Assembly: GCA_039033255.1 (NCBI GenBank)
Contig: JBCCCZ010000001.1
Location: forward strand, 12,457-76,456
Direction of reading: 5' to 3'
DNA length: 64,000 nt
Origin: Pseudomonadota bacterium
Lineage (GTDB): Bacteria > Pseudomonadota > Alphaproteobacteria > Rhodobacterales > Rhodobacteraceae
This document shows, one piece after another, positions 29,667 to 39,185 of this stretch. How positions within the stretch are numbered: position 1 is the first letter of the stretch; the number at the start of each line of letters is the position of its first letter. A model generated the notes under the pieces. That model was not told where the DNA came from and did no database searches. It saw only the letters and a list, made by a program, of their open reading frames with translations. A program made the position numbers and the translations under genes.

Positions 29667-32039
29667 ATGACGATGACAACATACAAGACATCATGGGCGG
29701 TGGCAGCCTGGGCGCTGATCGTCTCGACGCAGGGTGCTTCATCGCAAACGGCTCCGGTTCTCGATATTCCGGCGCAGCCGCTGCAAAGCGCGATTGCTGA
29801 GTTGATCGAAACCACGGACCTTGAGGTTATGGTTCATTCTGAACTTGTGCAGGACAAGCAAAGCAGGCCAGTTCAAGGGCAGATTGGGCCAATCCCAGCG
29901 CTGAAAGCCATGGTGGAGGGAAGCGGCCTGACTGTTAAAACCTTCGCAGGGCAAAGCGCGGCGGTTGTTCCGGACAGGGATGTAGTCTCTCAGAATGCGC
30001 AGGAAGACACGTTAGATCTTGGAACAATTGTGCTGCGCGGTGAATTGATCGAACGTTCGGTGCAAGACAGTCAAACAAGTACGGCTGTGATCACTGGCGA
30101 TGACCTTGAACGGCGCGGCGAGCTTCGTTTTGACAGCGTGATCGAGCGAACACCGGGCATTTCCAGCACTTTTTCGAACTTTTCGATCCGTGGCATACAG
30201 TCCTTTGGCCCCAGTGCAAGCGGCGGCGCGTCTACCATTACGACGTCCGTGGATGGCGTTCGGGTGTCCGGCGTAAACGATTTTATCCAAGGGTCCTTTT
30301 CCACGTGGGACCTCGAACAGATCGAAGTGCTGCGCGGGCCGCAGTCTACGCAGTCAGGGCGCAACGCACTGGCCGGTGCCATTATCGTGAAATCGAAGGA
30401 TCCGACCTACGAACGGGACGCACAGGTGCGCCTGGGCTTTGGAAATGGCGAGCGTTTTACCACTGCTGTATTGGCCAATGTCCCGCTCATTGATGGCAAA
30501 CTCGCGCTGCGTTTCGCCGCCGAAGGGGAGTGGTTTGAACGGTTTACAACGAATTTTGGGCGCGGCACGGATGGGGAAAATCGCTTGGAAAACAGGCTTT
30601 TCCGCGTGGGTCTGCGGTTTGATCCGACGCCGAATTTCTCTGGCGTGATCAAATACACCAATTCACGATACGAAGATTCAGCCGTCGGCGCGAACGCGTC
30701 GACCTTTCCGGCCCGGATTGTGAATTTTGACCAAGAGGACATTCGCAACGGAGCCGTTCGGTCGTTAAACACGTCCCTGAACTATCGTTTTAACGATCAA
30801 TGGCGCCTGGAATCGAGCACCATTGTCAGCAAGATCAGTACGCTCAATTTATCAGATCTTGATGGCACGCCTGCGGTCACGGGATACTCCTTCCGGCCCG
30901 GAACGAACGAGACCATTGAACAAGAGTTTAGGCTATATTTTGAAGGCGACCGCGTGACAGCCGTTGCCGGGTTGTTTTTCACCGACATTGAAGCCGATAA
31001 TGTGAGCGCGCTGCGCAGTATCACGCCTGCAGGGCAGCTCAACTTCGATTTGCGTCAGTTGGTGCAAACTGAAAACTATGCTCTTTTCGGCGAAGCCGAG
31101 ATTGAACTCACACCGTATTGGGACGTTATTCTAGGCGGTCGCTATGACATTGAAACGGTGGACTTTTCCGCTGTGACGACCCTTTCTTTTACACCGCCAG
31201 GTGGGGTGCCTCTTCCGCGTCCCGGGCCACCCAATGAAGTGAATGGCGGCTCCTACGACGCGTTCCTTCCCAAGATAGGTGTCGTGTACAATTTCCATGA
31301 GGATGTCAGCCTTGGCCTGACGTATCAGCGGGGCTACCGTGCGGGCGGGGCGCGCACCAATTTCGGCGCCGTTGATGCCGCAGGCAACATCGCCCCACGC
31401 GTGGTTGAGTTTGACCCGGAATTTACCGACAATTTTGAACTGGCTTTCCGCTCTGTCTGGCTTGATGGCAACCTAACCGTCAACGCCAATGCGTTCTATA
31501 CCGATTACACCGACATGCAGGTTTTCGTTCAGCTGAGCCCCAATCCATTGGACACCGAAGTCCGAAACGCAGGCGCGGCAGAGCTTTTTGGGGCTGAGCT
31601 TGATGTACGCGCGACCCCCACCGCCAATCTGGAGGTGTTCGGCGGTGTGGCCTATGTCGATACCGAATTCAAAAGATTTGTCTCAAACGGGGTCAATCTG
31701 GCGGGCAATGAATTCACATTCGCCCCGAATTGGACGGCGACCCTGGGCGCGCAATACACCTTCAACAACGGTGTGTATGTGGGTGGGGACATCAGCTATA
31801 CGGGTGAATTTTTCAATGACGCGGCCAATAATCCGCTGACGAGAAACAATGACCGTTTGCTGATTGGCCTACGGGCCGGATATGAAACCGACCGGATAAG
31901 CCTGGTGGCATTTGTGAATAACCTTTTAGACGAAGACTATACCCTGTTTCGTGGCGCCCAAGTGGGCACAGTCGCACCCAACAGCATCAGTCTAGGAGAA
32001 CCACGCACATTTGGAGCTCTGGCTACATTTAAGTTCTGA
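29667..32039 (+). CDS. TonB-dependent receptor/transducer with N-terminal STN signalling domain
   Basis: Signal peptide; DIPAQPLQSAI STN motif; plug IEVLRGPQST; NNLLDEDY; terminal Phe. Confidence 0.92.
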   Translation: MTMTTYKTSWAVAAWALIVSTQGASSQTAPVLDIPAQPLQSAIAELIETTDLEVMVHSELVQDKQSRPVQGQIGPIPALKAMVEGSGLTVKTFAGQSAAVVPDRDVVSQNAQEDTLDLGTIVLRGELIERSVQDSQTSTAVITGDDLERRGELRFDSVIERTPGISSTFSNFSIRGIQSFGPSASGGASTITTSVDGVRVSGVNDFIQGSFSTWDLEQIEVLRGPQSTQSGRNALAGAIIVKSKDPTYERDAQVRLGFGNGERFTTAVLANVPLIDGKLALRFAAEGEWFERFTTNFGRGTDGENRLENRLFRVGLRFDPTPNFSGVIKYTNSRYEDSAVGANASTFPARIVNFDQEDIRNGAVRSLNTSLNYRFNDQWRLESSTIVSKISTLNLSDLDGTPAVTGYSFRPGTNETIEQEFRLYFEGDRVTAVAGLFFTDIEADNVSALRSITPAGQLNFDLRQLVQTENYALFGEAEIELTPYWDVILGGRYDIETVDFSAVTTLSFTPPGGVPLPRPGPPNEVNGGSYDAFLPKIGVVYNFHEDVSLGLTYQRGYRAGGARTNFGAVDAAGNIAPRVVEFDPEFTDNFELAFRSVWLDGNLTVNANAFYTDYTDMQVFVQLSPNPLDTEVRNAGAAELFGAELDVRATPTANLEVFGGVAYVDTEFKRFVSNGVNLAGNEFTFAPNWTATLGAQYTFNNGVYVGGDISYTGEFFNDAANNPLTRNNDRLLIGLRAGYETDRISLVAFVNNLLDEDYTLFRGAQVGTVAPNSISLGEPRTFGALATFKF

Positions 32040-32143
32040 GCGTTTTGCCCGACAGTTTTTCGAAAGCGGTCATTGCGTTTCCTAGAAACTATTTCAGCTT
32101 TGTCCGCGTTCCTGACGTTTGGCAGAACTATGAGCGCGCGATC

Positions 32144-32334
32144 AGAAGCGGCGCGGGATGAAGGCCCTAAGGGCCGCCGCGCATCGTCGGGCGGCCTCTA
32201 CGGCACGGCGATTGGGTTGGACTGGGCGCATCGCTCGAATGGTGGTCGGATTTGGCTGGGATAAAGCACTGCTGTTCCAAGTCTTGGTCGCCATCCCGCG
32301 GCCCGAAAAAGCGCCGCTCTGATTTTAGCGAATA
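32144..32334 (+). repeat. ~190 bp dispersed intergenic repeat, copy 2 (homologous to 9938-10129)
   Basis: See copy 1; same length and collinear conserved blocks. Confidence 0.7.
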
Positions 32335-32372
32335 GGGTGGTCGTTTTGTCGCCCCATAGACTGCCTTGAGCC

Positions 32373-32984
32373 TCAGCCTTTCCCCCCAATCCTCGGTTCC
32401 GTCCCCGCACGCAAGCGCTGCACGTTGGGCCAGTGGCGCCGGAAGATCAGCAAGGTCAGGATGAAGATCAGGATGATCATGCGGGTTTCGCCCAAGAATG
32501 TGGTCCAGACGACAGAAAGGGACGCGGCCATGAGGGCGCCCATGGAAGATTGCCGCGTCACGGCGACGGCAAAGAGCCATGTGGCTCCACAGGCGAGGCC
32601 AACCGGCCAGGCCAGCGCGAACAGGATGCCGAAGAAGGTGGCGACGCCTTTGCCGCCTTTGAAGCGGAGCCAGATGGGGAAGCAGTGGCCCAGGAACGCG
32701 GTTAGGCCAGCGAGTTGGGCGGCGTCTTCGCCGGAAAGGGCGCGGGCCAGCAGGACAGCAGCGGCACCTTTCAAGGCGTCAAGGAGGAGCGTGGCGGCGG
32801 CGGCCCCCTTGTTGCCCGTGCGCAGGACATTGGTGGCGCCGATATTGCCGGAGCCGATCTTTCGTAGGTTGCCGAGGCCCAGACGCTGCGACAGGATGAG
32901 GCCGAAGGGAATGGAACCCAGACCGTAGCCGATGACGGCCCATAGGATGAGGATCAGAGCGCTGGATTCAATTGGGGGCATCAA
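32373..32984 (-). CDS. plsY: glycerol-3-phosphate acyltransferase
   Basis: GSIPFG, GSGNIGATNVLR, GHCFPIWLRFKGGKGVAT. Confidence 0.95.
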   Translation of the reverse strand: MMPPIESSALILILWAVIGYGLGSIPFGLILSQRLGLGNLRKIGSGNIGATNVLRTGNKGAAAATLLLDALKGAAAVLLARALSGEDAAQLAGLTAFLGHCFPIWLRFKGGKGVATFFGILFALAWPVGLACGATWLFAVAVTRQSSMGALMAASLSVVWTTFLGETRMIILIFILTLLIFRRHWPNVQRLRAGTEPRIGGKG

Positions 32985-34258
32985 CCTGCCTCATGCACAA
33001 TCCGACCATTCACATAGGTCGCCTGTACCTTGCCCCGCATTTCGCGCCCGTCAAAGGGGGTGTTTTTAGATTTTGAGTGCAGCGTGGTGCGGTCGAGGGT
33101 GAATTGCGCGTCCGGATCGAAGACGACCAGATCGGCGGGAGCGCCTTTGGCGAGGCGGCCCGCGGCGAGGCCAAGCCGTTTGGCGGGGTTGAGAGAAAGA
33201 GCTTTGAAAAGCTGCGGCAGAGTGAGGTCACCTGCGTGGATCAAGGACATGGCGGCGGGCAGCAGGGTTTCGAGCGCCACGGCGCCGCTGGCCGCTTCCT
33301 CGAACGGGAGGCGTTTGCTTTCTTCGTCCTGTGGGGTGTGCATGGAACTGATGACGTCGATGGTGCCGTCCCGGAGCGCGGCGAGTACCGCTTGGCGATC
33401 GTCCTCAGACCGCAGCGGCGGTTTGACTTTGAAGAAGGTGCGGTAGTCGTCAGCATCCGCATCGGTCAGCGTCAGGTGGTGGATCGAGGTGCCCGCGGTG
33501 ACGTCCAGACCATTGGCCTTGGCACGAGCAAGGCTGGGCAGCGCGCGGGCGGCGGTGATCTGGTCTGCATGGTAGCGCGCGCCGGTCATTTCAATCAGAG
33601 CCAAATCGCGGTCAAGACCCATGCGTTCGGCCATGGGTGAGACGGCGGGCAGGCCCTTCAGCGCAGCGCGCAGGCCGCTGGTGGCGGCGGCACCTGATGA
33701 CAAGATCGGCTCTTGCGGGTGGGCGATGACGAGGGCGCCGAGCGAGCGCGCATAGGTGAGCGCGCGAGAGAAGACCTTGGTGTCGGTGATTACGTGGTCG
33801 CAATCGGTGAAGGCCACGGCACCTGCATCCATCAAGAATCCCAGTTCGGTCATTTCGCCCCCCTCGCGGCCCTTGGTGAGCGCGGCCATGGGAAGGACGT
33901 TGACAGGTGCGGCTTCATTGGCGCGGCGGGCGACAAATTCCAACACCTCGGGCGTGTCGATAGCAGGATCGGTATCGGGACGAGTGACCATGGTGGTGAC
34001 ACCACCCGCAGCGGCGGCGAGGCCTGCGGAGCCGTAGCTTTCTTTGTGGCGCTCGCCCGGTTCGCAGACTTTGACGCCAATATCGACGATGCCGGGGGCA
34101 AGACAAAGGCCTGCGCAATCGCGCCGCTCGTCCGCACCGTTCGGCGCAGTCTCGCTTCCCCTATCTGCGATCTGACCGTTTTCGATCAGAAGCCAGCCGG
34201 TGGTGTCGGTGCCCGCTTCGGGATCAATCAGGCGGGCATTGTGGAGCAGGGTTTTCAT
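32981..34258 (-). CDS. pyrC: dihydroorotase (or dihydroorotase-like ATCase partner)
   Basis: APGIVD, AAAAGGVTT, KVKPPLR, SKSKNTPF; downstream of pyrB. The metal-binding HxH is replaced (DIGVK), suggesting the inactive PyrC' type. Confidence 0.85.
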   Translation of the reverse strand: MKTLLHNARLIDPEAGTDTTGWLLIENGQIADRGSETAPNGADERRDCAGLCLAPGIVDIGVKVCEPGERHKESYGSAGLAAAAGGVTTMVTRPDTDPAIDTPEVLEFVARRANEAAPVNVLPMAALTKGREGGEMTELGFLMDAGAVAFTDCDHVITDTKVFSRALTYARSLGALVIAHPQEPILSSGAAATSGLRAALKGLPAVSPMAERMGLDRDLALIEMTGARYHADQITAARALPSLARAKANGLDVTAGTSIHHLTLTDADADDYRTFFKVKPPLRSEDDRQAVLAALRDGTIDVISSMHTPQDEESKRLPFEEAASGAVALETLLPAAMSLIHAGDLTLPQLFKALSLNPAKRLGLAAGRLAKGAPADLVVFDPDAQFTLDRTTLHSKSKNTPFDGREMRGKVQATYVNGRIVHEAG

Positions 34259-34782
34259 GATGCCAGTTTCTCCTGAATGCCGCGCATAAGGCGGTAGACC
34301 TCAGCGCCGTCTTGGATGCGCTCAAACCCCACCGCGACCTTTTGTTTGCCATTCTTTCGGTGTCGGTATTCGTGGTTGAAATGGATGGTCGGCGGATCGC
34401 CACCATCAAAATTCAGCACCGTATCGCGTATGATTGGATAGCTTTTGAGGCTGCGGGCCCGGAATGGCATATCAGTGGCAATGAAGGCGCGACGATCGGT
34501 GAGCGTATACCAACTGTATTTGCGTCGCCAGGCGCTGCCGAAAAGGGAGGCCATAACGATGAAAAGGCCTACAAAGAAATGCAACAGGCCGAACATCCAG
34601 ACAAACCCACCCGCTGATGCCGCGAGGAACATCCAAAACAGGGCAAAGCCTGCAAAGAAAAGACCAAAGGCGGCCCCGAAAAGTTTGCTGATCCGTAATC
34701 TGACACGTGCGTCTGGTTGGCCCTGCCAGAGGATCTTTTCGTCTTTATCGAGGATGCCCTCCCAGCCCGCGATCTCACTCAT
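34255..34782 (-). CDS. hypothetical membrane protein (two TM + PH-like domain)
   Basis: EKILWQGQP, two TMs, YTLTDRRA; ATGA-coupled in the pyr operon. Confidence 0.75.
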   Translation of the reverse strand: MSEIAGWEGILDKDEKILWQGQPDARVRLRISKLFGAAFGLFFAGFALFWMFLAASAGGFVWMFGLLHFFVGLFIVMASLFGSAWRRKYSWYTLTDRRAFIATDMPFRARSLKSYPIIRDTVLNFDGGDPPTIHFNHEYRHRKNGKQKVAVGFERIQDGAEVYRLMRGIQEKLAS

Positions 34783-35309
34783 GAGGCGAGCCATATGATC
34801 AAACCGGTGAAGGCGAAAATAGCAAGGAGCGCGTACATGGCGATCCGGCCGGACATGGCTTTGTCGGAGACGGGCTTGCGGTCCGTGTCACCGGAGGACC
34901 CGCTGGCGCTGTCATAGCTGGGCATGGGGGTCGGGGCGGACATGCGGGGTTCGCGGAGGGTGGCGATCAGGCGGGCATCGTCCGTGTTCGACAGGGTGAG
35001 GGGCGCGCCGTTAAAGGCCCCTGAGCGGAGGACGGCAATGTGACCCTTGAGGGAATTGAGCGTATCGGTATGGGGTGTGATGTCGTCTTCCGAGACGCCG
35101 TAGCCTTCCATAAGGAAAGTTGTGAGGCCCATTTCACGGACCGCGCTGAGATCGACGATCTGGACGTCTTCGGCTTGCAAGGATTCGACGCCCAGCGCGG
35201 CGGCGAGGCGATCTACTGCCTCGAAATGCTGCAACTCCATCGACACGCGGTAGCCCAGGTGAAAAATGCGGACCAGCCCGTGTTCGCCAGGGCTTACATC
35301 AAGGTTCAC
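34779..35309 (-). CDS. hypothetical protein with C-terminal TM
   Basis: Coupled between pyrB and the next gene; C-terminal hydrophobic helix. Confidence 0.75.
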   Translation of the reverse strand: MNLDVSPGEHGLVRIFHLGYRVSMELQHFEAVDRLAAALGVESLQAEDVQIVDLSAVREMGLTTFLMEGYGVSEDDITPHTDTLNSLKGHIAVLRSGAFNGAPLTLSNTDDARLIATLREPRMSAPTPMPSYDSASGSSGDTDRKPVSDKAMSGRIAMYALLAIFAFTGLIIWLAS

Positions 35310-36268
35310 GCCATCACCTCATTGGGCCCACTTCTTTTCTGACCGCGGCGTGCACGCACCAGGAGGTCCATCGCGGCCATGCGAACGGCGACGCCCATTT
35401 CGACCTGATCCTGAATGGCGGAACGGTTGATGTCATCGGCCAGTTCGCCGTCAATTTCCACACCGCGGTTCATCGGGCCCGGGTGCATGACAATGGCGTC
35501 AGGATGGGCATGGGAGAGCTTTTCCGCATTGAGACCGAAGCGATGGTAGTATTCGCGCTCCGACGGGATGAAACCACCATCCATACGTTCTTTTTGAAGG
35601 CGCAGCATCATGACGACGTCGGCCCCATAGAGGCCCTTTTCCATGTCCTCGAACACCTCCGCACCCAAGCTCTCCATCCCTGAGGGCATGAGGGTGGACG
35701 GGCCGATGAGGCGGATACGATTGCCCATCTTGGCAAGCAGGTGAAGGTTCGAACGCGCAACGCGGGAATGGGCGATGTCGCCGCAGATGGCGACGGTTAG
35801 GCCAGTGATCTGTTTCTTCACGCGGCGGATGGTTAGGGCGTCGAGCAAGGCCTGGGTCGGGTGTTCGTGGCGGCCATCACCGGCGTTCAGCACCGCGCAA
35901 TTGACCTTTTGCGACAGCAGGTCGACCGCGCCGCTATGGGGGTGACGGACGACCAGGATGTCCGGTTGCATGGCGTTCAGCGTCAGCGCGGTGTCGATCA
36001 GCGTCTCGCCTTTGCGGATGGAGCTGGCCTGCATCGCCATGTTCATCACATCTGCGCCAAGACGTTTTCCCGCGAGTTCAAAGCTTGCTTGCGTGCGGGT
36101 GGAGTTTTCAAAGAACATGTTGATCTGGGTGAGACCCGCCAGTGCTTCGCCATGTTTCATGGTGGAGCGATTGAGGGTGACGTATTGGTCGGCCAGATCA
36201 AGAATGGTGGAAATATCGGAAGGAGAGAGGGGCTCGATCCCCAGAAGATGGGATTGTGAAAAGCTCAT
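35306..36268 (-). CDS. pyrB: aspartate carbamoyltransferase catalytic subunit
   Basis: [34 protein letters not shown]. Confidence 0.96.
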   Translation of the reverse strand: MSFSQSHLLGIEPLSPSDISTILDLADQYVTLNRSTMKHGEALAGLTQINMFFENSTRTQASFELAGKRLGADVMNMAMQASSIRKGETLIDTALTLNAMQPDILVVRHPHSGAVDLLSQKVNCAVLNAGDGRHEHPTQALLDALTIRRVKKQITGLTVAICGDIAHSRVARSNLHLLAKMGNRIRLIGPSTLMPSGMESLGAEVFEDMEKGLYGADVVMMLRLQKERMDGGFIPSEREYYHRFGLNAEKLSHAHPDAIVMHPGPMNRGVEIDGELADDINRSAIQDQVEMGVAVRMAAMDLLVRARRGQKRSGPNEVMA

Positions 36269-36333
36269 CCGTCTCTCCGACCGCCGGTTTCCCGGGCTTA
36301 TAGGAAGGGTTGGGTGCAGGGGCAAGGGTTGAT

Positions 36334-36403
36334 GGGGGCCAACCCCCAATGTCGAAGCCACGGCTTCGACACCCCCGCGGAGAATTTTTGACCAGAAAGA
36401 AGC
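36334..36403. repeat. palindromic intergenic element
   Basis: GGGGG-CCAA-CCCCC hairpin, a perfect 10-bp IR TGTCGAAGCC-AC-GGCTTCGACA, then a GAGAATTTTTGACCAGAAAGAAG tail; similar tail at 46008-46029. Confidence 0.55.
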
Positions 36404-36456
36404 CGGTTTTGGAAATCGACTTTTGGTGTTGTTGAGTGCGCTTTAGATTGACGGGT

Positions 36457-37227
36457 ATGGAATCGCAGATGGATCAGGCCACCGCGCTGGCTTTGCTTGA
36501 ATGGCAGATGGAGCTAGGGGCGGATGAGGCGATTGGGGATGCCCCCGTCAATCGGTATGAATTGGCGGCCAAGCCTGCGCCTGTGAAGACGACGGCGGCG
36601 GGCCCTGCCCCTCAGCCGTCAACCTCCGTCGATGTGGTGGCGGTGGCCCGAGAGGCGGCAGCGGGGGTTGCGGATTTGGGGGCGTTGCAGGCGACACTTG
36701 CGGCGTTTGAGCATTGCGAGTTGAAGCGCGGCGCGCGGAACCTGGTGTTTTCGGATGGGCAGCCAGAGGCGCGGGTCATGATTATTGGTGAGGCGCCTGG
36801 CCGGGATGAGGACCGGGTGGGTAAGCCCTTCGTGGGGCGTGCAGGGCAGCTTTTGAACCTGATGTTCGACGCGATTGGGCTGGGGCGGGAAAAGCCAGTG
36901 GATCAGGCGTTTTACATCACCAACGTCTTGCCATGGCGGCCACCGCAGAACCGGGATCCGAAGCCCGATGAGATCGCGATGATGTTGCCGTTCGTGCAAC
37001 GGCATGTGGATTTGGTGGACCCGGATCTGGTGGTCCTGATGGGCAATATCAGTTGTCAGGCGGGGCTGGGCAAACGCGGGATCACGCGGTTGCGCGGTAC
37101 GTGGGCGGAGGCCTATGGCAAGCCAGCGCTGCCGATGTTTCACCCTGCCTATCTGCTGCGCAATCCGCAGGCCAAGCGGGAGGCCTGGGCGGATTTGCTG
37201 ACACTGAGGGCGAGGCTGGACGGATGA
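36457..37227 (+). CDS. uracil-DNA glycosylase family 4
   Basis: IGEAPGRDED..GKPFVGRAG, RPPQNRDP, FHPAYLLR. Confidence 0.92.
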   Translation: MESQMDQATALALLEWQMELGADEAIGDAPVNRYELAAKPAPVKTTAAGPAPQPSTSVDVVAVAREAAAGVADLGALQATLAAFEHCELKRGARNLVFSDGQPEARVMIIGEAPGRDEDRVGKPFVGRAGQLLNLMFDAIGLGREKPVDQAFYITNVLPWRPPQNRDPKPDEIAMMLPFVQRHVDLVDPDLVVLMGNISCQAGLGKRGITRLRGTWAEAYGKPALPMFHPAYLLRNPQAKREAWADLLTLRARLDG

Positions 37228-37829
37228 AGGTTCTGGGGTTTTCCGATTTGCACCTGTCGCGGGGACGGGCCGCGGTATTGGTTGAGGCAAGCCGGGAGGC
37301 TGATCTGGTGATCGGCGCCGGGGATTTCTGCAATCAGCGCGAAGGCCTTTCGGAGGCGATGACGTTGATCAAAGGACTGGCCGCGCCTTGCGTCGTGGTA
37401 CCGGGCAATTGTGAAAGCGCAGATGAGCTGCGAACAGCCGCGAACGAGGGCATGATCGTGCTTCACGGGAATGCGGCCGAGGTCGCAGGCTTGCGTTTTT
37501 TTGGATTGGGCTACGGAGTGCCCGAAACGCCCTTTGGGGCTTGGAGCTGCGATTTGTCCGAACCCCGGGCCGAGGAAATGTTGGCCCCTTGCGAACATGC
37601 CGACATAATGGTGTTTCATTCACCACCCAAAGGAATTGCCGATGTGACCTCAACCGGGGTCTCAGTGGGGTCCACGGCGATACGCGATGCGATTGCGCGG
37701 GTGCAACCGACCTTGGCGGTGTGCGGACATATTCACGATGCATGGGGCGAACGGGGCCGGGTTGGCGACACCGTGGTGGCCAATCTAGGTCCGTCGGTCA
37801 ACTGGTTCGATATTGAGCCGGCGACGTAG
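37224..37829 (+). CDS. metallophosphoesterase (Icc-like)
   Basis: SDLH, AGD, PGNCE, HSPP, CGHIH; ATGA-coupled. Confidence 0.88.
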   Translation: MKVLGFSDLHLSRGRAAVLVEASREADLVIGAGDFCNQREGLSEAMTLIKGLAAPCVVVPGNCESADELRTAANEGMIVLHGNAAEVAGLRFFGLGYGVPETPFGAWSCDLSEPRAEEMLAPCEHADIMVFHSPPKGIADVTSTGVSVGSTAIRDAIARVQPTLAVCGHIHDAWGERGRVGDTVVANLGPSVNWFDIEPAT

Positions 37830-37844
37830 AAAGAGGCCGTTTTT

Positions 37845-38387
37845 ATGTCAAATATAGACGAAAATATCGAGTTCATCCCTGTGCGCATCGCCGTCCTGAC
37901 CGTAAGTGACACGCGCAGTCTGGAAGAGGATCGATCTGGCACCGTGCTGGTGGAACGGCTTGAAAAGGCCGGGCATAGCTTGGCCGCGCGTATGATCCTG
38001 CCTGATGAGCGGGATGAGATTGCAAAACAACTGGCCCGTTGGATCGCAGATGATACTGTGGATGTCGTGATCTCAACCGGGGGCACCGGCCTGACGGGTC
38101 GGGATGTGACGGTGGAGGCGCATCGGGATGTCTATGAAAAGGAGATCGATGCGTTCGGCACGGTCTTCACGATGGTCTCAATGCAGAAGATCGGAACCAG
38201 TGCAGTGCAATCGCGGGCAACGGCGGGCGTTGCCGGAGGGACCTATCTGTTCGCGCTGCCGGGCAGCCCCGGGGCGTGCAAGGACGCCTGGGATGAGATC
38301 CTCGTGCGGCAGCTGGATTTTCGTCACAAACCCTGCAACTTCGTGGAGATCATGCCGCGATTAGATGAGCATTTGCAGCGCAAATAG
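37845..38387 (+). CDS. moaB: molybdenum cofactor biosynthesis protein B
   Basis: LTVSDTR, TGGTGLTGRDVTVEA, LPGSPGA. Confidence 0.93.
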   Translation: MSNIDENIEFIPVRIAVLTVSDTRSLEEDRSGTVLVERLEKAGHSLAARMILPDERDEIAKQLARWIADDTVDVVISTGGTGLTGRDVTVEAHRDVYEKEIDAFGTVFTMVSMQKIGTSAVQSRATAGVAGGTYLFALPGSPGACKDAWDEILVRQLDFRHKPCNFVEIMPRLDEHLQRK

Positions 38388-38640
38388 AGAGCAGCAATGG
38401 TTTTACCTTACGTAACCATTCAGCCGAAACCGTGTCTAAAACGATTTAGTAATGCAGGCGTGAACCACGTCATCCATTTGGTTTAAGTCACTTTTTCGAC
38501 GTCACGGTGATCTATGTCACGCGGTGGCAGGCCACGGGCGCGGCTAAACTGACACATACCTCGCGCAGCTGTGGTTTGAGCGGAGTGAGTATCACCGTAC
38601 CCTCTTCAGCACAAAGACATTCAAATGTGAGGAGAGAGAA

Positions 38641-39000
38641 ATGAGAAGACTTGCCATTGCCGTCATCTGCCTTGCCAGCATTGCAACCACCGCTGGCGCT
38701 GCGCAGCTGACCCAAGCCGTCTACACATCAACGCCGACACCTACTGCCGCCGTAGCAAGCGTATACTCCGGCACCTTGGACGCAGACGTGCATCAAGCCG
38801 ACTTCAAAGTAAAAAAGAAACGCGTTCATAAAAAGCGCTTTCGGTCCCATAGTTTCAATCGCTTCCACCATTCCCGCGTCAATCGTTTTGGCAAATTTCA
38901 CAATCGGAGCTTCCACTCTCACGGGTTTCGCCATCGCGGTTTCAAACACCATGGTTTCCGCAACAAAGGGTTCCATCATCGCGGGTTCATTCGCTACTGA
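38641..39000 (+). CDS. small secreted His/Arg/Phe-rich repeat protein
   Basis: GAGGAG SD; Sec signal peptide (AGA cleavage); C-terminal xxxGF pentapeptide repeats. Confidence 0.7.
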   Translation: MRRLAIAVICLASIATTAGAAQLTQAVYTSTPTPTAAVASVYSGTLDADVHQADFKVKKKRVHKKRFRSHSFNRFHHSRVNRFGKFHNRSFHSHGFRHRGFKHHGFRNKGFHHRGFIRY

Positions 39001-39185
39001 CCGCGTTAGGAATGATGTCAGGGGGTGCCGTCAAAGCCATCGGCGCCCTGCCTCGAAATTAGAAAAGATGTAGCGACGGAACACGCCGCGTTGGCCGTAT
39101 TATAATCCCGTGAGTTGAAGTGTCAGGCATTTCGCGCCATCTGTCTATGAACACGCGGAGTGGACTTGAAAAGGCTTAAACCCGG

